Notes under the pieces: generated by a model
Databases searched by the model: none
Told to the model about the DNA's origin: nothing
What the model saw: the letters and a program-made list of their open reading frames with translations, nothing else
Program-made: the position numbers and the translations under genes
In this document: positions 11,846 through 24,400 of the stretch, in pieces
Position numbering within the stretch: the stretch's first letter is position 1
Layout of the letters: every line of letters begins with the position of its first letter
Source: Eledone cirrhosa
Lineage: Eukaryota
Assembly (NCBI GenBank): GCA_964016885.1
Contig: OZ024744.1
Coordinates: forward strand, 6,944,001-7,008,000
Direction: 5' to 3'
DNA: 64,000 nt

Positions 11846-14676
11846 TCTACTGCAGTATTGCATTGAGGTAGGTGAGGTGCAGTAATGGTTATGTCTACAG
11901 CAGTATTGCACTGAGGTAGGTGAGGTGCAGTATTGGTTATGTCTACAGCAGTATTGCACTGAGGTAGGTGTGGTGCAGTAACGGTTATGTATACTCCAGT
12001 ATTGCACTGATGTAGGTGTGGTGCAGTAACGGGTATGTCTACTGCAGTATTGCACTGATGTAGGTGTGGTGCAGTAACAGTTATTTCTACTGCAGTATTG
12101 CACTGATGTATGTGTGGTGCAGTAACGGTTATGTCTACTGCAGTATTGCACTGATGTACGTGTGGTGCAGTAACGGTTATGTCTACTGCAGTATTGCACT
12201 GATTAGGTGTGGTGCAGTAACGGTTATGTCTACTGCAGTATTGCACTGAGGTAGGTGTCGTGCAGTAACGGTTATGTCTACTGCAGTATTGCACTGAGAT
12301 AGGTGTGGTGCAGTAACGGTTATGTCTACTGCAGTATTGCACTGATGTAGGTGTGGTGCAGTAACGGTTATGTCTCCTGCACTATTGCACTGAGGTAGGT
12401 GTGGTGCAGTAACGGTTATGTCTAATGCAGTATTGCACTGAGGTAGGTGTGGTGCAGTAACGGATATGTCTACTGCAGTATTGCACTGAGGTAGGTGTGG
12501 TGCAGTAACGCTTATGCCTACTACAATATTGCACTGATGTAGGTGTGGTGCAGTAACGGGTATGTCTCTGCAGTATTACACTGATGTAAGTGTGGTGCAG
12601 TAACGGTTATGTCTACTGCAGTATTGAACTGATGAAGGTGTGGTCTAGTAAGTGTTATGTCTACTGCAGTATTGCACTGATGTAGGTGTGGTGGAATAAC
12701 GGTTGTCTACTGCAGTATTGCACTGAGTTAGGTGTGGTGCAGTAGCGGTATGTCTACTGCAGTATTGCACTGATGTAGGTGTGGTGCATTAACGCTTATG
12801 TCTACTGCAGTATTGCATTGATGTAGGCGTGGTGCAGTAACGGTTATGTCTACTGCAGTATTGCACTGATATAGGCGTGGTGCAGTAACGGTTATGTCTA
12901 CTGCAGTATTGCACTGATGTAGGCGTGGTGCAGTAACGGTTATGTCTACTGCAGTATTGCACTGATTAAGTGTGGTGCAGTAACGCTTATGTCTACTGCA
13001 GTATTGCACTGAGGTAGGTGTGGTGCAGTAACCGTTATGTCTACTGCAGTATTGCACTGAGGTAGGTGTGGTGCAGTAACGGTTATGTCTACCGCAGTAT
13101 TGCACTATTGTAGGTGTGGTGCAGTAACGTTTATGTCTACTGCAATATTGCACTGATATAGGTGTGGTGCAGTAACGGTTATGTCTACTGCAGTATTGCA
13201 CTGATGTAGGTGTGTTGCAGTAACGGTTATGTCTACTGCAATATAGCACTGATGTAGGTGTGGTGCAGTAACGGTTATGTCTACTGCAGTATTGCACTGA
13301 TGTAGGTGTGGTGCAGTAACGGTTATGTCTTCTGAAGTATTGCACTGATGTAGGTGTGGTGCTGTAACGGTTATGTCTACTACAGTATTGCACTGAGGTA
13401 GGTGTGGTGCTGTAACGGGTATGTCTACTGCAGTATTGCACTGAGGTAATTGTGGTGCAGTACCGGTTATGTCTACTGTAGTATTGCACTGATGTAGGTG
13501 TGGTGCAGTAACGGTTTTGTCTACTGCAGTATTGCACTGTGGTAGGTTTGGTGCAGTAACGGTTATGTCTACTGCAGTATTGTACTGATGTAGGTGTGGT
13601 GCAGTAACGATTATGTCTACTTCAGTATTGCACTGAGGTAGGCGTGGTGCAGTACCGGTTATGTCTACTGCAGTATTGCACTGATGTAGGTGTGGTGCAG
13701 TAACGGTTATTTCTACTGCAGTATTGCACTAAGTTATGTGTGGTGCAGTATCGGTTATGTCTACAGCAGTATTGCATTGAGGTAGGTGAGGTGCAGTAAT
13801 GGTTATGTCTACAGCAGTATTGCACTGAGGTAGGTGTGGTGCAGTAACGGTTATGTATACTCCAGTATTGCACTGATGTAGGTGTGGTGCAGTAACGGGT
13901 ATGTCTACTGCAGTATTGCACTGATGTAGGTGTGGTGCAGTAACAGTTATTTCTACTGCAGTATTGCACTGATGTATGTGTGGTGCAGTAACGGTTATGG
14001 CTACTGCAGTATTGCACTGATGTACGTGTGGTGCAGTAACGGTTATGTCTACTGCAGTATTGCACTGATGTAGGTGTGGTGCAGTAACGGTTATGTCTCC
14101 TGCACTATTGCACTGAGGTAGGTGTGGTGCAGTAACGGTTATGTCTAATGCAGTATTGCACTGCGGTAGGTGTGGTGCAGTAACGGATATGTCTACTGCA
14201 GTATTGCACTGAGGTAGGTGTGGTGCAGTAACGGTTATGCCTACTACAATATTGCACTGATGTAGGTGTGGTGCAGTAACGGGTATGTCTCTGCAGTATT
14301 ACACTGATGTAAGTGTGGTGCAGTAACGGTTATGTCTACTGCAGTATTGAACTGATGAAGGTGTGGTCTAGTAAGTGTTATGTCTACTGCAGTATTGCAC
14401 TGATGTAGGTGTGGTGCAGTAACGGTCATGTCTACAGCAGTATTGCACTGATGTAGGTGTGGTGCAGTAACGGTTATTTCTACTGCAGTATTGCACTGAG
14501 GTAAGTGTGGTGCAGTAACGGTTATGTCTACTGCAGTATTGCACTGAGCTAGGTGTGGTGCAGTAACGGTTATGTCTACTGCAGTATTGCACTGATGAAG
14601 GTGTGGTGCAGTAAAGGTTATTTCTACTGCTGTATTGCACTGAGATAGGTGTGGTGCAGTAACAATTATGTCTACT

Positions 14677-17570
14677 GCAGTATTGCACTGAGTTAGGTGT
14701 GGTGCAGTAACGATTATGTCTACTGCAGTATTGCACTGATGTAGGCGTGGTGCAGTAACGATTATGTCTACTGCAGTATTGCACTGAGGCAGGTGTGGTG
14801 CAGTAACGGTTATGTCTACTGCAGTATTGCACTGAGGTAGGTGTGGTGCAGCAACGGTTATGTCTACTGCAGTATTGCACTGAGGTAGGTGTGGTGCAGT
14901 ACCGGTTATTTCTACTGCAGTATTGCACTGATGTAGGTGTGGTGCAGTAACGGTTATGTCTACTTGAAGTATTGCACTGATGTAGGTGTGGTGCAGTAAC
15001 AGTTATGTCTACTGCAGTATTGCACTGATGTAGGTGTGGTGGAATAACGGTTATGTCTACTGCAGTATTCCACTGAGTTAGGTGTGGTGCAGTAGCGGTA
15101 TGTGTACTGCAGTATTGCACTGATGTAGGTGTGGTGCATTAACGCTTATGTCTACTGCAGTATTGAATTGATTTAGGCGTGGTGCAGTAACGGTTATGTC
15201 TACTGCAGTATTGCACTGATATAGGCGTGGTGCAGTAACGGTTATGTCTACTGCAGTATTGCACTGATGTAGGCGTGGTGCAGTAACGGTTATGTCTACT
15301 GCAGTATTGCACTGATTAGGTGTGGTGCAGTAACGGTTATTGCTACTGCAGTATTGCACTGATGTAGGTGTGGTGCATTAACGCTTATGTCTACTGCAGT
15401 ATTGCACTGAGGTAGGTGTGGTGCAGTAACCGTTATGTCTACTGCAGTATTGCACTGAGGTAGGTGTGGTGCAGTAACGGTTATGTCTATCGCAGTATTG
15501 CACTATTGTAGGTGTGGTGCAGTAACGGTTATGTCTTCTGAAGTATTGCACTGATGTAGGTGTGGTGCTGTAACGGTTATGTCTACTGCAGTATTGCACT
15601 GAGGTAGGTGTGGTGCTGTAACGGGTATGTCTACTGCAGTATTGCACTGAGGTAATTGTGGTGCAGTACCGGTTATGTCTACTGTAGTATTGCACTGATG
15701 TAGGTGTGGTGCAGTAACGGTTATTTCTACTGCAGTATTGCACTAAGTTATGTGTGGTGCAGTATCGGTTATCTCTACAGCACTATTGCATTGAGGTAGG
15801 TGAGGTGCAGTAATGGTTATGTCTTCTGAAGTATTGCACTGATGTAGGTGTGGTGCAGTAACGGTTATGTCTACTGCAGTATTGTACTGATGTAGGTGTG
15901 GTGCAGTAACGATTATGTCTACTGCAGTATTGCACTGAGGTAGGCGTGGTGCAGTACCGGTTCTGTCTACTGCAGTATTGCACTGATGTAGGTGTGGTGC
16001 AGTAACGGTTATTTCTACTGCAGTATTGCACTAAGTCATGTGTGGTGCAGTATCGGTTATCTCTACAGCACTATTGCATTGAGGTAGGTGAGGTGCAGTA
16101 ATGGTTATGTCTACAGCAGTATTGCACTGAGTTAGGTGTGGTGCAGTAACGATTATGTCTACTGCAGTATTGCACTGATGTAGGCGTGGTGCAGTAACGA
16201 TTATGTCTACTGCAGTATTGCACTGAGGCAGGTGTGGTGCAGTAACGGTTATGTCTACTGCAGTATTGCACTGAGGTAGGTGTGGTGCAGCAACGGTTAT
16301 GTCTACTGCAGTATTGCACTGAGGTAGGTGTGGTGCAGTACCGGTTATTTCTACTGCAGTATTGCACTGATGTAGGTGTGGTGCAGTAACGGTTATGTCT
16401 ACTTGAAGTATTGCACTGATGTAGGTGTGGTGCAGTAACAGTTATGTCTACTGCAGTATTGCACTGATGTAGGTGTGGTGGAATAACGGTTATGTCTACT
16501 GCAGTATTCCACTGAGTTAGGTGTGGTGCAGTAGCGGTATGTGTACTGCAGTATTGCACTGATGTAGGTGTGGTGCATTAACGCTTATGTCTACTGCAGT
16601 ATTGAATTGATTTAGGCGTGGTGCAGTAACGGTTATGTCTACTGCAGTATTGCACTGATATAGGCGTGGTGCAGTAACGGTTATGTCTACTGCAGTATTG
16701 CACTGATGTAGGCGTGGTGCAGTAACGGTTATGTCTACTGCAGTATTGCACTGATTAGGTGTGGTGCAGTAACGGTTATTGCTACTGCAGTATTGCACTG
16801 ATGTAGGTGTGGTGCATTAACGCTTATGTCTACTGCAGTATTGCACTGAGGTAGGTGTGGTGCAGTAACCGTTATGTCTACTGCAGTATTGCACTGAGGT
16901 AGGTGTGGTGCAGTAACGGTTATGTCTATCGCAGTATTGCACTATTGTAGGTGTGGTGCAGTAACGGTTATGTCTTCTGAAGTATTGCACTGATGTAGGT
17001 GTGGTGCTGTAACGGTTATGTCTACTGCAGTATTGCACTGAGGTAGGTGTGGTGCTGTAACGGGTATGTCTACTGCAGTATTGCACTGAGGTAATTGTGG
17101 TGCAGTACCGGTTATGTCTACTGTAGTATTGCACTGATGTAGGTGTGGTGCAGTAACGGTTATTTCTACTGCAGTATTGCACTAAGTTATGTGTGGTGCA
17201 GTATCGGTTATCTCTACAGCACTATTGCATTGAGGTAGGTGAGGTGCAGTAATGGTTATGTCTTCTGAAGTATTGCACTGATGTAGGTGTGGTGCAGTAA
17301 CGGTTATGTCTACTGCAGTATTGTACTGATGTAGGTGTGGTGCAGTAACGATTATGTCTACTGCAGTATTGCACTGAGGTAGGCGTGGTGCAGTACCGGT
17401 TATGTCTACTGCAGTATTGCACTGATGTAGGTGTGGTGCAGTAACGGTTATTTCTACTGCAGTATTGCACTAAGTCATGTGTGGTGCAGTATCGGTTATC
17501 TCTACAGCACTATTGCATTGAGGTAGGTGAGGTGCAGTAATGGTTATGTCTACAGCAGTATTGCACTGAG
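14677..17570. repeat. Tandem duplication of a 1,439-bp unit (30 monomers, net -1 bp)
   Basis: ORF pairs 15078/16517, 15378/16817, 15783/17222 and 16071/17510 are all offset by 1439 = 30x48-1. Rare markers (attccactg, tgtgtactg, gaattgattt, ctatcgc) appear twice. Confidence 0.93.
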
Positions 17571-17589
17571 GTAGGTGTGGTGCAGTAAC

Positions 17590-20500
17590 GGTTATGTATA
17601 CTCCAGTATTGCACTGATGTAGGTGTGGTGCAGTAACGGTTATGTCTACTGCAGTATTGCACTGATGTAGGTGTGGTGCAGTAACAGTTATTTCTACTGC
17701 AGTATTGCACTGATGTATGTGTGGTGCAGTAACGGTATTGTCTACTGCAGTATTGCACTGATGTACGTGTGGTGCAGTAACGGTTATGTCTACTGCAGTA
17801 TTGCACTAAGGAAGGTGTGGTGCAGTAACGGTTATGTCTACTGCAGTATTGCACTGAGATAGGTGTGGTGCAGTAACGGTTATGTCTACTGCAGTATTGC
17901 ACTGATGTAGGTGTGGTGCAGTAACGGTTATGTCTCCTGCACTATTGCACTGAGGTAGGTGTGGTGCAGTAACGGTTATGTCTAATGCAGTATTGCACTG
18001 AGGTAGGTGTGGTGCAGTAACGGATATGTCTACTGCAGTATTGCACTGACGTACGTGTGGTGCAGTAACGGTTATGTCTACTGCAATATTGCACTGATAT
18101 AGGTGTAGTGCAGTAACGGTTATTTCTACTGCAGTATTGCACTGAGGTAGGTGTGGTGCAGTAACGGTTATGCCTACTACAATATTGCACTGATGTAGGT
18201 GTGGTGCAGTAACGGGTATGTCTCTGCAGTATTACACTGATGTAAGTGTGGTGCAGTAACGGTTATGTCTACTGCAGTATTGAACTGATGAAGGTGTGGT
18301 CTAGTAAGGGTTATGTCTACTGCAGTATTGCACTGATGTAGGTGTGGTGCAGTAACGGTCATGTCTACAGCAGTATTGCACTGATGTAGGTGTGGTGCAG
18401 TAACGGTTATTTCTACTGCAGTATTGCACTGAGGTAAGTGTGGTGCAGTAACGGTTATGTCTACTGCAGTATTGCACTGAGCTAGGTGTGGTGCAGTAAC
18501 GGTTATGTCTACTGCAGTATTGCACTGATGAAGGTGTGGTGCAGTAAAGGTTATTTCTACTGCTGTATTGCACTGAGATAGGTGTGGTGCAGTAACATTT
18601 ATGTCTACTGCAGTATTGCACTGAGGTAGGTGTGGTGCAGTAACGGTTATGTCTACTGCAGTATTGCACTGATGTAGGCGTGGTGCAGTAACGATTATGT
18701 CTTCTGCAGTATTGCACTGAGACAGGTGTGGTGCAGTAACGGTTATGTCTACTGCAGTATTGCACTGAGGTAGGTGTGGTGCAGTAACGGTTATGTCTAC
18801 TGCAGTATTGCACTGAGGTAGGTGTGGTGCAGCAACGGTTATTTCTACTGCAGTATTGCACTGATGTAGGTGTGGTGCAGAAACGGTTATGTCTACTTGA
18901 AGTATTGCACTGAAGTAGGTGTGGTGCAGTAACAGTTATGTCTACTGCAGTATTGCACTGATGTAGGTGTGGTGGAATAACGGTTATGTCTACTGCAGTA
19001 TTGCACTGAGTTAGGTGTGGTGCAGTAGCGGTATGTCTACTGCAGTATTGCACTGATGTAGGTGTGGTGCATTAACGCTTATGTCTACTGCAGTATTGCA
19101 TTGATGTAGGCGTGGTGCAGTAACGGTTATGTCTACTGCAGTATTGCACTGATATAGGCGTGGTGCAGTAACGGTTATGTCTACTGCAGTATTGCACTGA
19201 TGTAGGCGTGGTGCAGTAACGGTTATGTCTACTGCAGTATTGCACTGATTAGGTGTGGTGCAGTAACGGTTATTGCTACTGCAGTATTGCAATGATGTAG
19301 GTGTGGTGCATTAACGCTTATGTCTACTGCAGTATTGCACTGAGGTAGGTGTGGTGCAGTAACCGTTATGTCTACTGCAGTATTGCACTGAGGTAGGTGT
19401 GGTGCAGTAACGGTTATGTCTACCGCAGTATTGCACTATTGTAGGTGTGGTGCAGTAACGTTTATGTCTACTGCAATATTGCACTGATATAGGTGTGGTG
19501 CAGTAACGGTTATGTCTACTGCAGTATTGCACTGAGATAGGTGTGGTGCAGTAACCGTTATGTTTACTGCAGTATTGCACTGATGTAGGTGTGGTGCAGT
19601 AACAGTTATGTCTACTGCAGTATTGCACTGAGGTAGGTGTGGTGCAGTAACGGTTATGTCTACTGCAGTATTGAACTGAGGTAGGTGTGGTGCAGTAACG
19701 GTTATTTCTACTGCAGTATTGCACTGATGTAGGTGTGGTGCAGTAACGGTTATGTCTACTGCAATATTGCACTGATGTAGGTGTGGTGCAGTAACGGTTA
19801 TGTATACTCCAGTATTGCACTGATGTAGGTGTGGTGCAGTAACGGGTATGTCTACTGCAGTATTGCACTGATGTAGGTGTGGTGCAGTAACAGTTATTTC
19901 TACTGCAGTATTGCACTGATGTATGTGTGGTGCAGTAACGGTTATGTCTACTGCAGTATTGCACTGATGTACGTGTGGTGCAGTAACGGTTATGTCTACT
20001 GCAGTATTGCACTAAGGAAGGTGTGGTGCAGTAACGGTTATGTCTACTGCAGTATTGCACTGAGGTAGGTGTCGTGCAGTAACGGTTATGTCTACTGCAG
20101 TATTGCACTGAGATAGGTGTGGTGCAGTAACGGTTATGTCTACTGCAGTATTGCACTGATGTAGGTGTGGTGCAGTAACGGTTATGTCTCCTGCACTATT
20201 GCACTGAGGTAGGTGTGGTGCAGTAACGGTTATGTCTAATGCAGTATTGCACTGAGGTAGGTGTGGTGCAGTAACGGATATGTCTACTGCAGTATTGCAC
20301 TGACGTACGTGTGGTGCAGTAACGGTTATGTCTACTGCAATATTGCACTGATATAGGTGTAGTGCAGTAACGGTTATTTCTACTGCAGTATTGCACTGAG
20401 GTAGGTGTGGTGCAGTAACGGTTATGCCTACTACAATATTGCACTGATGTAGGTGTGGTGCAGTAACGGGTATGTCTCTGCAGTATTACACTGATGTAAG

Positions 20501-23500
20501 TGTGGTGCAGTAACGGTTATGTCTACTGCAGTATTGAACTGATGAAGGTGTGGTCTAGTAAGGGTTATGTCTACTGCAGTATTGCACTGATGTAGGTGTG
20601 GTGCAGTAACGGTCATGTCTACAGCAGTATTGCACTGATGTAGGTGTGGTGCAGTAACGGTTATCTCTACTGCAGTATTGCACTGATGTAGGTGTGGTGC
20701 AGTAACGGTTATGTCTACTGCAGTATTGCACTGAGCTAGGTGTGGTGCAGTAACGGTTATGTCTACTGCAGTATTGCACTGATGAAGGTGTGGTGCAGTA
20801 AAGGTTATTTCTACAGCTGTATTGCACTGAGATAGGTGTGGTGCAGTAACATTTATGTCTACTGCAGTATTGCACTGAGGTAGGTGTGGTGCAGTAACGG
20901 TTATGTCTACTGCAGTATTGCACTGATGTAGGCGTGGTGCAGTAACGATTATGTCTACTGCAGTATTGCACTGATGTAGGCGTGGTGCAGTAACGATTAT
21001 GTCTACTGCAGTATTGCACTGAGACAGGTGTGGTGCAGTAACGGTTATGTCTACTGCAGTATTGCACTGAGGTAGGTGTGGTGCAGTAACGGTTATGTCT
21101 ACTGCAGTATTGCACTGAGGTAGGTGTGGTGCAGCAACGGTTATTTCTACTGCAGTATTGCACTGATGTAGGTGTGGTGCAGTAACGGTTATGTCTACTT
21201 GAAGTATTGCACTGAAGTAGGTGTGGTGCAGTAACAGTTATGTCTACTGCAGTATTGCACTGATGTAGGTGTGGTGGAATAACGGTTATGTCTACTGCAG
21301 TATTGCACTGAGTTAGGTGTGGTGCAGTAGCGGTATGTCTACTGCAGTATTGCACTGATGTAGGTGTGGTGCATTAACGCTTATGTCTACTGCAGTATTG
21401 CATTGATGTAGGCGTGGTGCAGTAACGGTTATGTCTACTGCAGTATTGCACTGATATAGGCGTGGTGCAGTAACGGTTATGTCTACTGCAGTATTGCACT
21501 GATGTAGGCGTGGTGCAGTAACGGTTATGTCTACTGCAGTATTGCACTGATTAGGTGTGGTGCAGTAACGGTTATTGCTACTGCAGTATTGCACTGATGT
21601 AGGTGTGGTGCATTAACGCTTATGTCTACTGCAGTATTGCACTGAGGTAGGTGTGGTGCAGTAACCGTTATGTCTACTGCAGTATTGCACTGAGGTAGGT
21701 GTGGTGCAGTAACGGTTATGTCTACCGCAGTATTGCACTATTGTAGGTGTGGTGCAGTAACGTTTATGTCTACTGCAATATTGCACTGATATAGGTGTGG
21801 TGCAGTAACGGTTATGTCTACTGCAGTATTGCACTGAGATAGGTGTGGTGCAGTAACCGTTATGTTTACTGCAGTATTGCACTGATGTAGGTGTGGTGCA
21901 GTAACAGTTATGTCTACTGCAGTATTGCACTGAGGTAGGTGTGGTGCAGTAACGGTTATGTCTACTGCAGTATTGAACTGAGGTAGGTGTGGTGCAGTAA
22001 CGGTTATTTCTACTGCAGTATTGCACTATTGTAGGTGTAGTGCAGTAACGGTTATGTCTAATGCAGTATTGCACTGATGTAAGTATGGTGCAGTAACGGT
22101 TATGTCTACTGCAATATTGCACTGATGTAGGTGTGGTGCAGTAACGGTTATGTCTACTGCAATATTGCACTGATGTAGGTGTGGTGCAGTAACGGTTATG
22201 TATACTCCAGTATTGCACTGATGTAGGTGTGGTGCAGTAACGGGTATGTCTACTGCAGTATTGCACTGATGTAGGTGTGGTGCAGTAACAGTTATTTCTA
22301 CTGCAGTATTGCACTGATGTATGTGTGGTGCAGTAACGGTTATGTCTACTGCAGTATTGCACTGATGTACGTGTGGTGCAGTAACGGTTATGTCTACTGC
22401 AGTATTGCACTAAGGAAGGTGTGGTGCAGTAACGGTTATGTCTACTGCAGTATTGCACTGAGGTAGGTGTCGTGCAGTAACGGTTATGTCTACTGCAGTA
22501 TTGCACTGAGATAGGTGTGGTGCAGTAACGGTTATGTCTACTGCAGTATTGCACTGATGTAGGTGTGGTGCAGTAACGGTTATGTCTCCTGCACTATTGC
22601 ACTGAGGTAGGTGTGGTGCAGTAACGGTTATGTCTAATGCAGTATTGCACTGAGGTAGGTGTGGTGCAGTAACGGATATGTCTACTGCAGTATTGCACTG
22701 ACGTACGTGTGGTGCAGTAACGGTTATGTCTACTGCAATATTGCACTGATATAGGTGTAGTGCAGTAACGGTTATTTCTACTGCAGTATTGCACTGAGGT
22801 AGGTGTGGTGCAGTAACGGTTATGCCTACTACAATATTGCACTGATGTAGGTGTGGTGCAGTAACGGGTATGTCTCTGCAGTATTACACTGATGTAAGTG
22901 TGGTGCAGTAACGGTTATGTCTACTGCAGTATTGAACTGATGAAGGTGTGGTCTAGTAAGGGTTATGTCTACTGCAGTATTGCACTGATGTAGGTGTGGT
23001 GCAGTAACGGTCATGTCTACAGCAGTATTGCACTGATGTAGGTGTGGTGCAGTAACGGTTATTTCTACTGCAGTATTGCACTGAGGTAAGTGTGGTGCAG
23101 TAACGGTTATGTCTACTGCAGTATTGCACTGAGCTAGGTGTGGTGCAGTAACGGTTATGTCTACTGCAGTATTGCACTGATGAAGGTGTGGTGCAGTAAA
23201 GGTTATTTCTACTGCTGTATTGCACTGAGATAGGTGTGGTGCAGTAACATTTATGTCTACTGCAGTATTGCACTGAGGTAGGTGTGGTGCAGTAACGGTT
23301 ATGTCTACTGCAGTATTGCACTGATGTAGGCGTGGTGCAGTAACGATTATGTCTACTGCAGTAATGCACTGAGACAGGTGTGGTGCAGTAACGGTTATGT
23401 CTACTGCAGTATTGCACTGAGGTAGGTGTGGTGCAGTAACGGTTATGTCTACTGTAGTATTGCACTGAGGTAGGTGTGGTGCAGCAACGGTTATTTCTAC

Positions 23501-24400
23501 TGCAGTATTGCACTGATGTAGGTGTGGTGCAGTAACGGTTATGTCTACTTGAAGTATTGCACTGAAGTAGGTGTGGTGCAGTAACAGTTATGTCTACTGC
23601 AGTATTGCACTGATGTAGGTGTGGTGGAATAACGGTTATGTCTACTGCAGTATTGCACTGAGTTAGGTGTGGTGCAGTAGCGGTATGTCTACTGCAGTAT
23701 TGCACTGATGTAGGTGTGGTGCATTAACGCTTATGTCTACTGCAGTATTGCATTGATGTAGGCGTGGTGCAGTAACGGTTATGTCTACTGCAGTATTGCA
23801 CTGATATAGGCGTGGTGCAGTAACGGTTATGTCTACTGCAGTATTGCACTGAGGTAGGTGTGGTGCAGTAACGGTTATGTCTACTGCAGTATTGCACTGA
23901 TTAGGTGTGGTGCAGTAACGGTTATTGCTACTGCAGTATTGCACTGATGTAGGTGTGGTGCATTAACGCTTATGTCTACTGCAGTATTGCACTGAGGTAG
24001 GTGTGGTGCAGTAACCGTTATGTCTACTGCAGTATTGCACTGAGGTAGGTGTGGTGCAGTAACGGTTATGTCTACCGCAGTATTGCACTATTGTAGGTGT
24101 GGTGCAGTAACGTTTATGTCTACTGCAATATTGCACTGATATAGGTGTGGTGCAGTAACGGTTATGTCTACTGCAGTATTGCACTGAGATAGGTGTGGTG
24201 CAGTAACCGTTATGTTTACTGCAGTATTGCACTGATGTAGGTGTGGTGCAGTAACAGTTATGTCTACTGCAGTATTGCACTGAGGTAGGTGTGGTGCAGT
24301 AACGGTTATGTCTACTGCAGTATTGAACTGAGGTAGGTGTGGTGCAGTAACGGTTATTTCTACTGCAGTATTGCACTATTGTAGGTGTAGTGCAGTAACG
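17590..24400. repeat. Older HOR: ~3 tandem copies of a 47-50-monomer (~2.25-2.4 kb) unit; repeated at ~39150-45960
   Basis: ORF series 17942/20196/22594 (offsets 2254, 2398) and 19011/21313/23663 (offsets 2302, 2350). Each offset equals n x 48 - 2. Confidence 0.88.
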
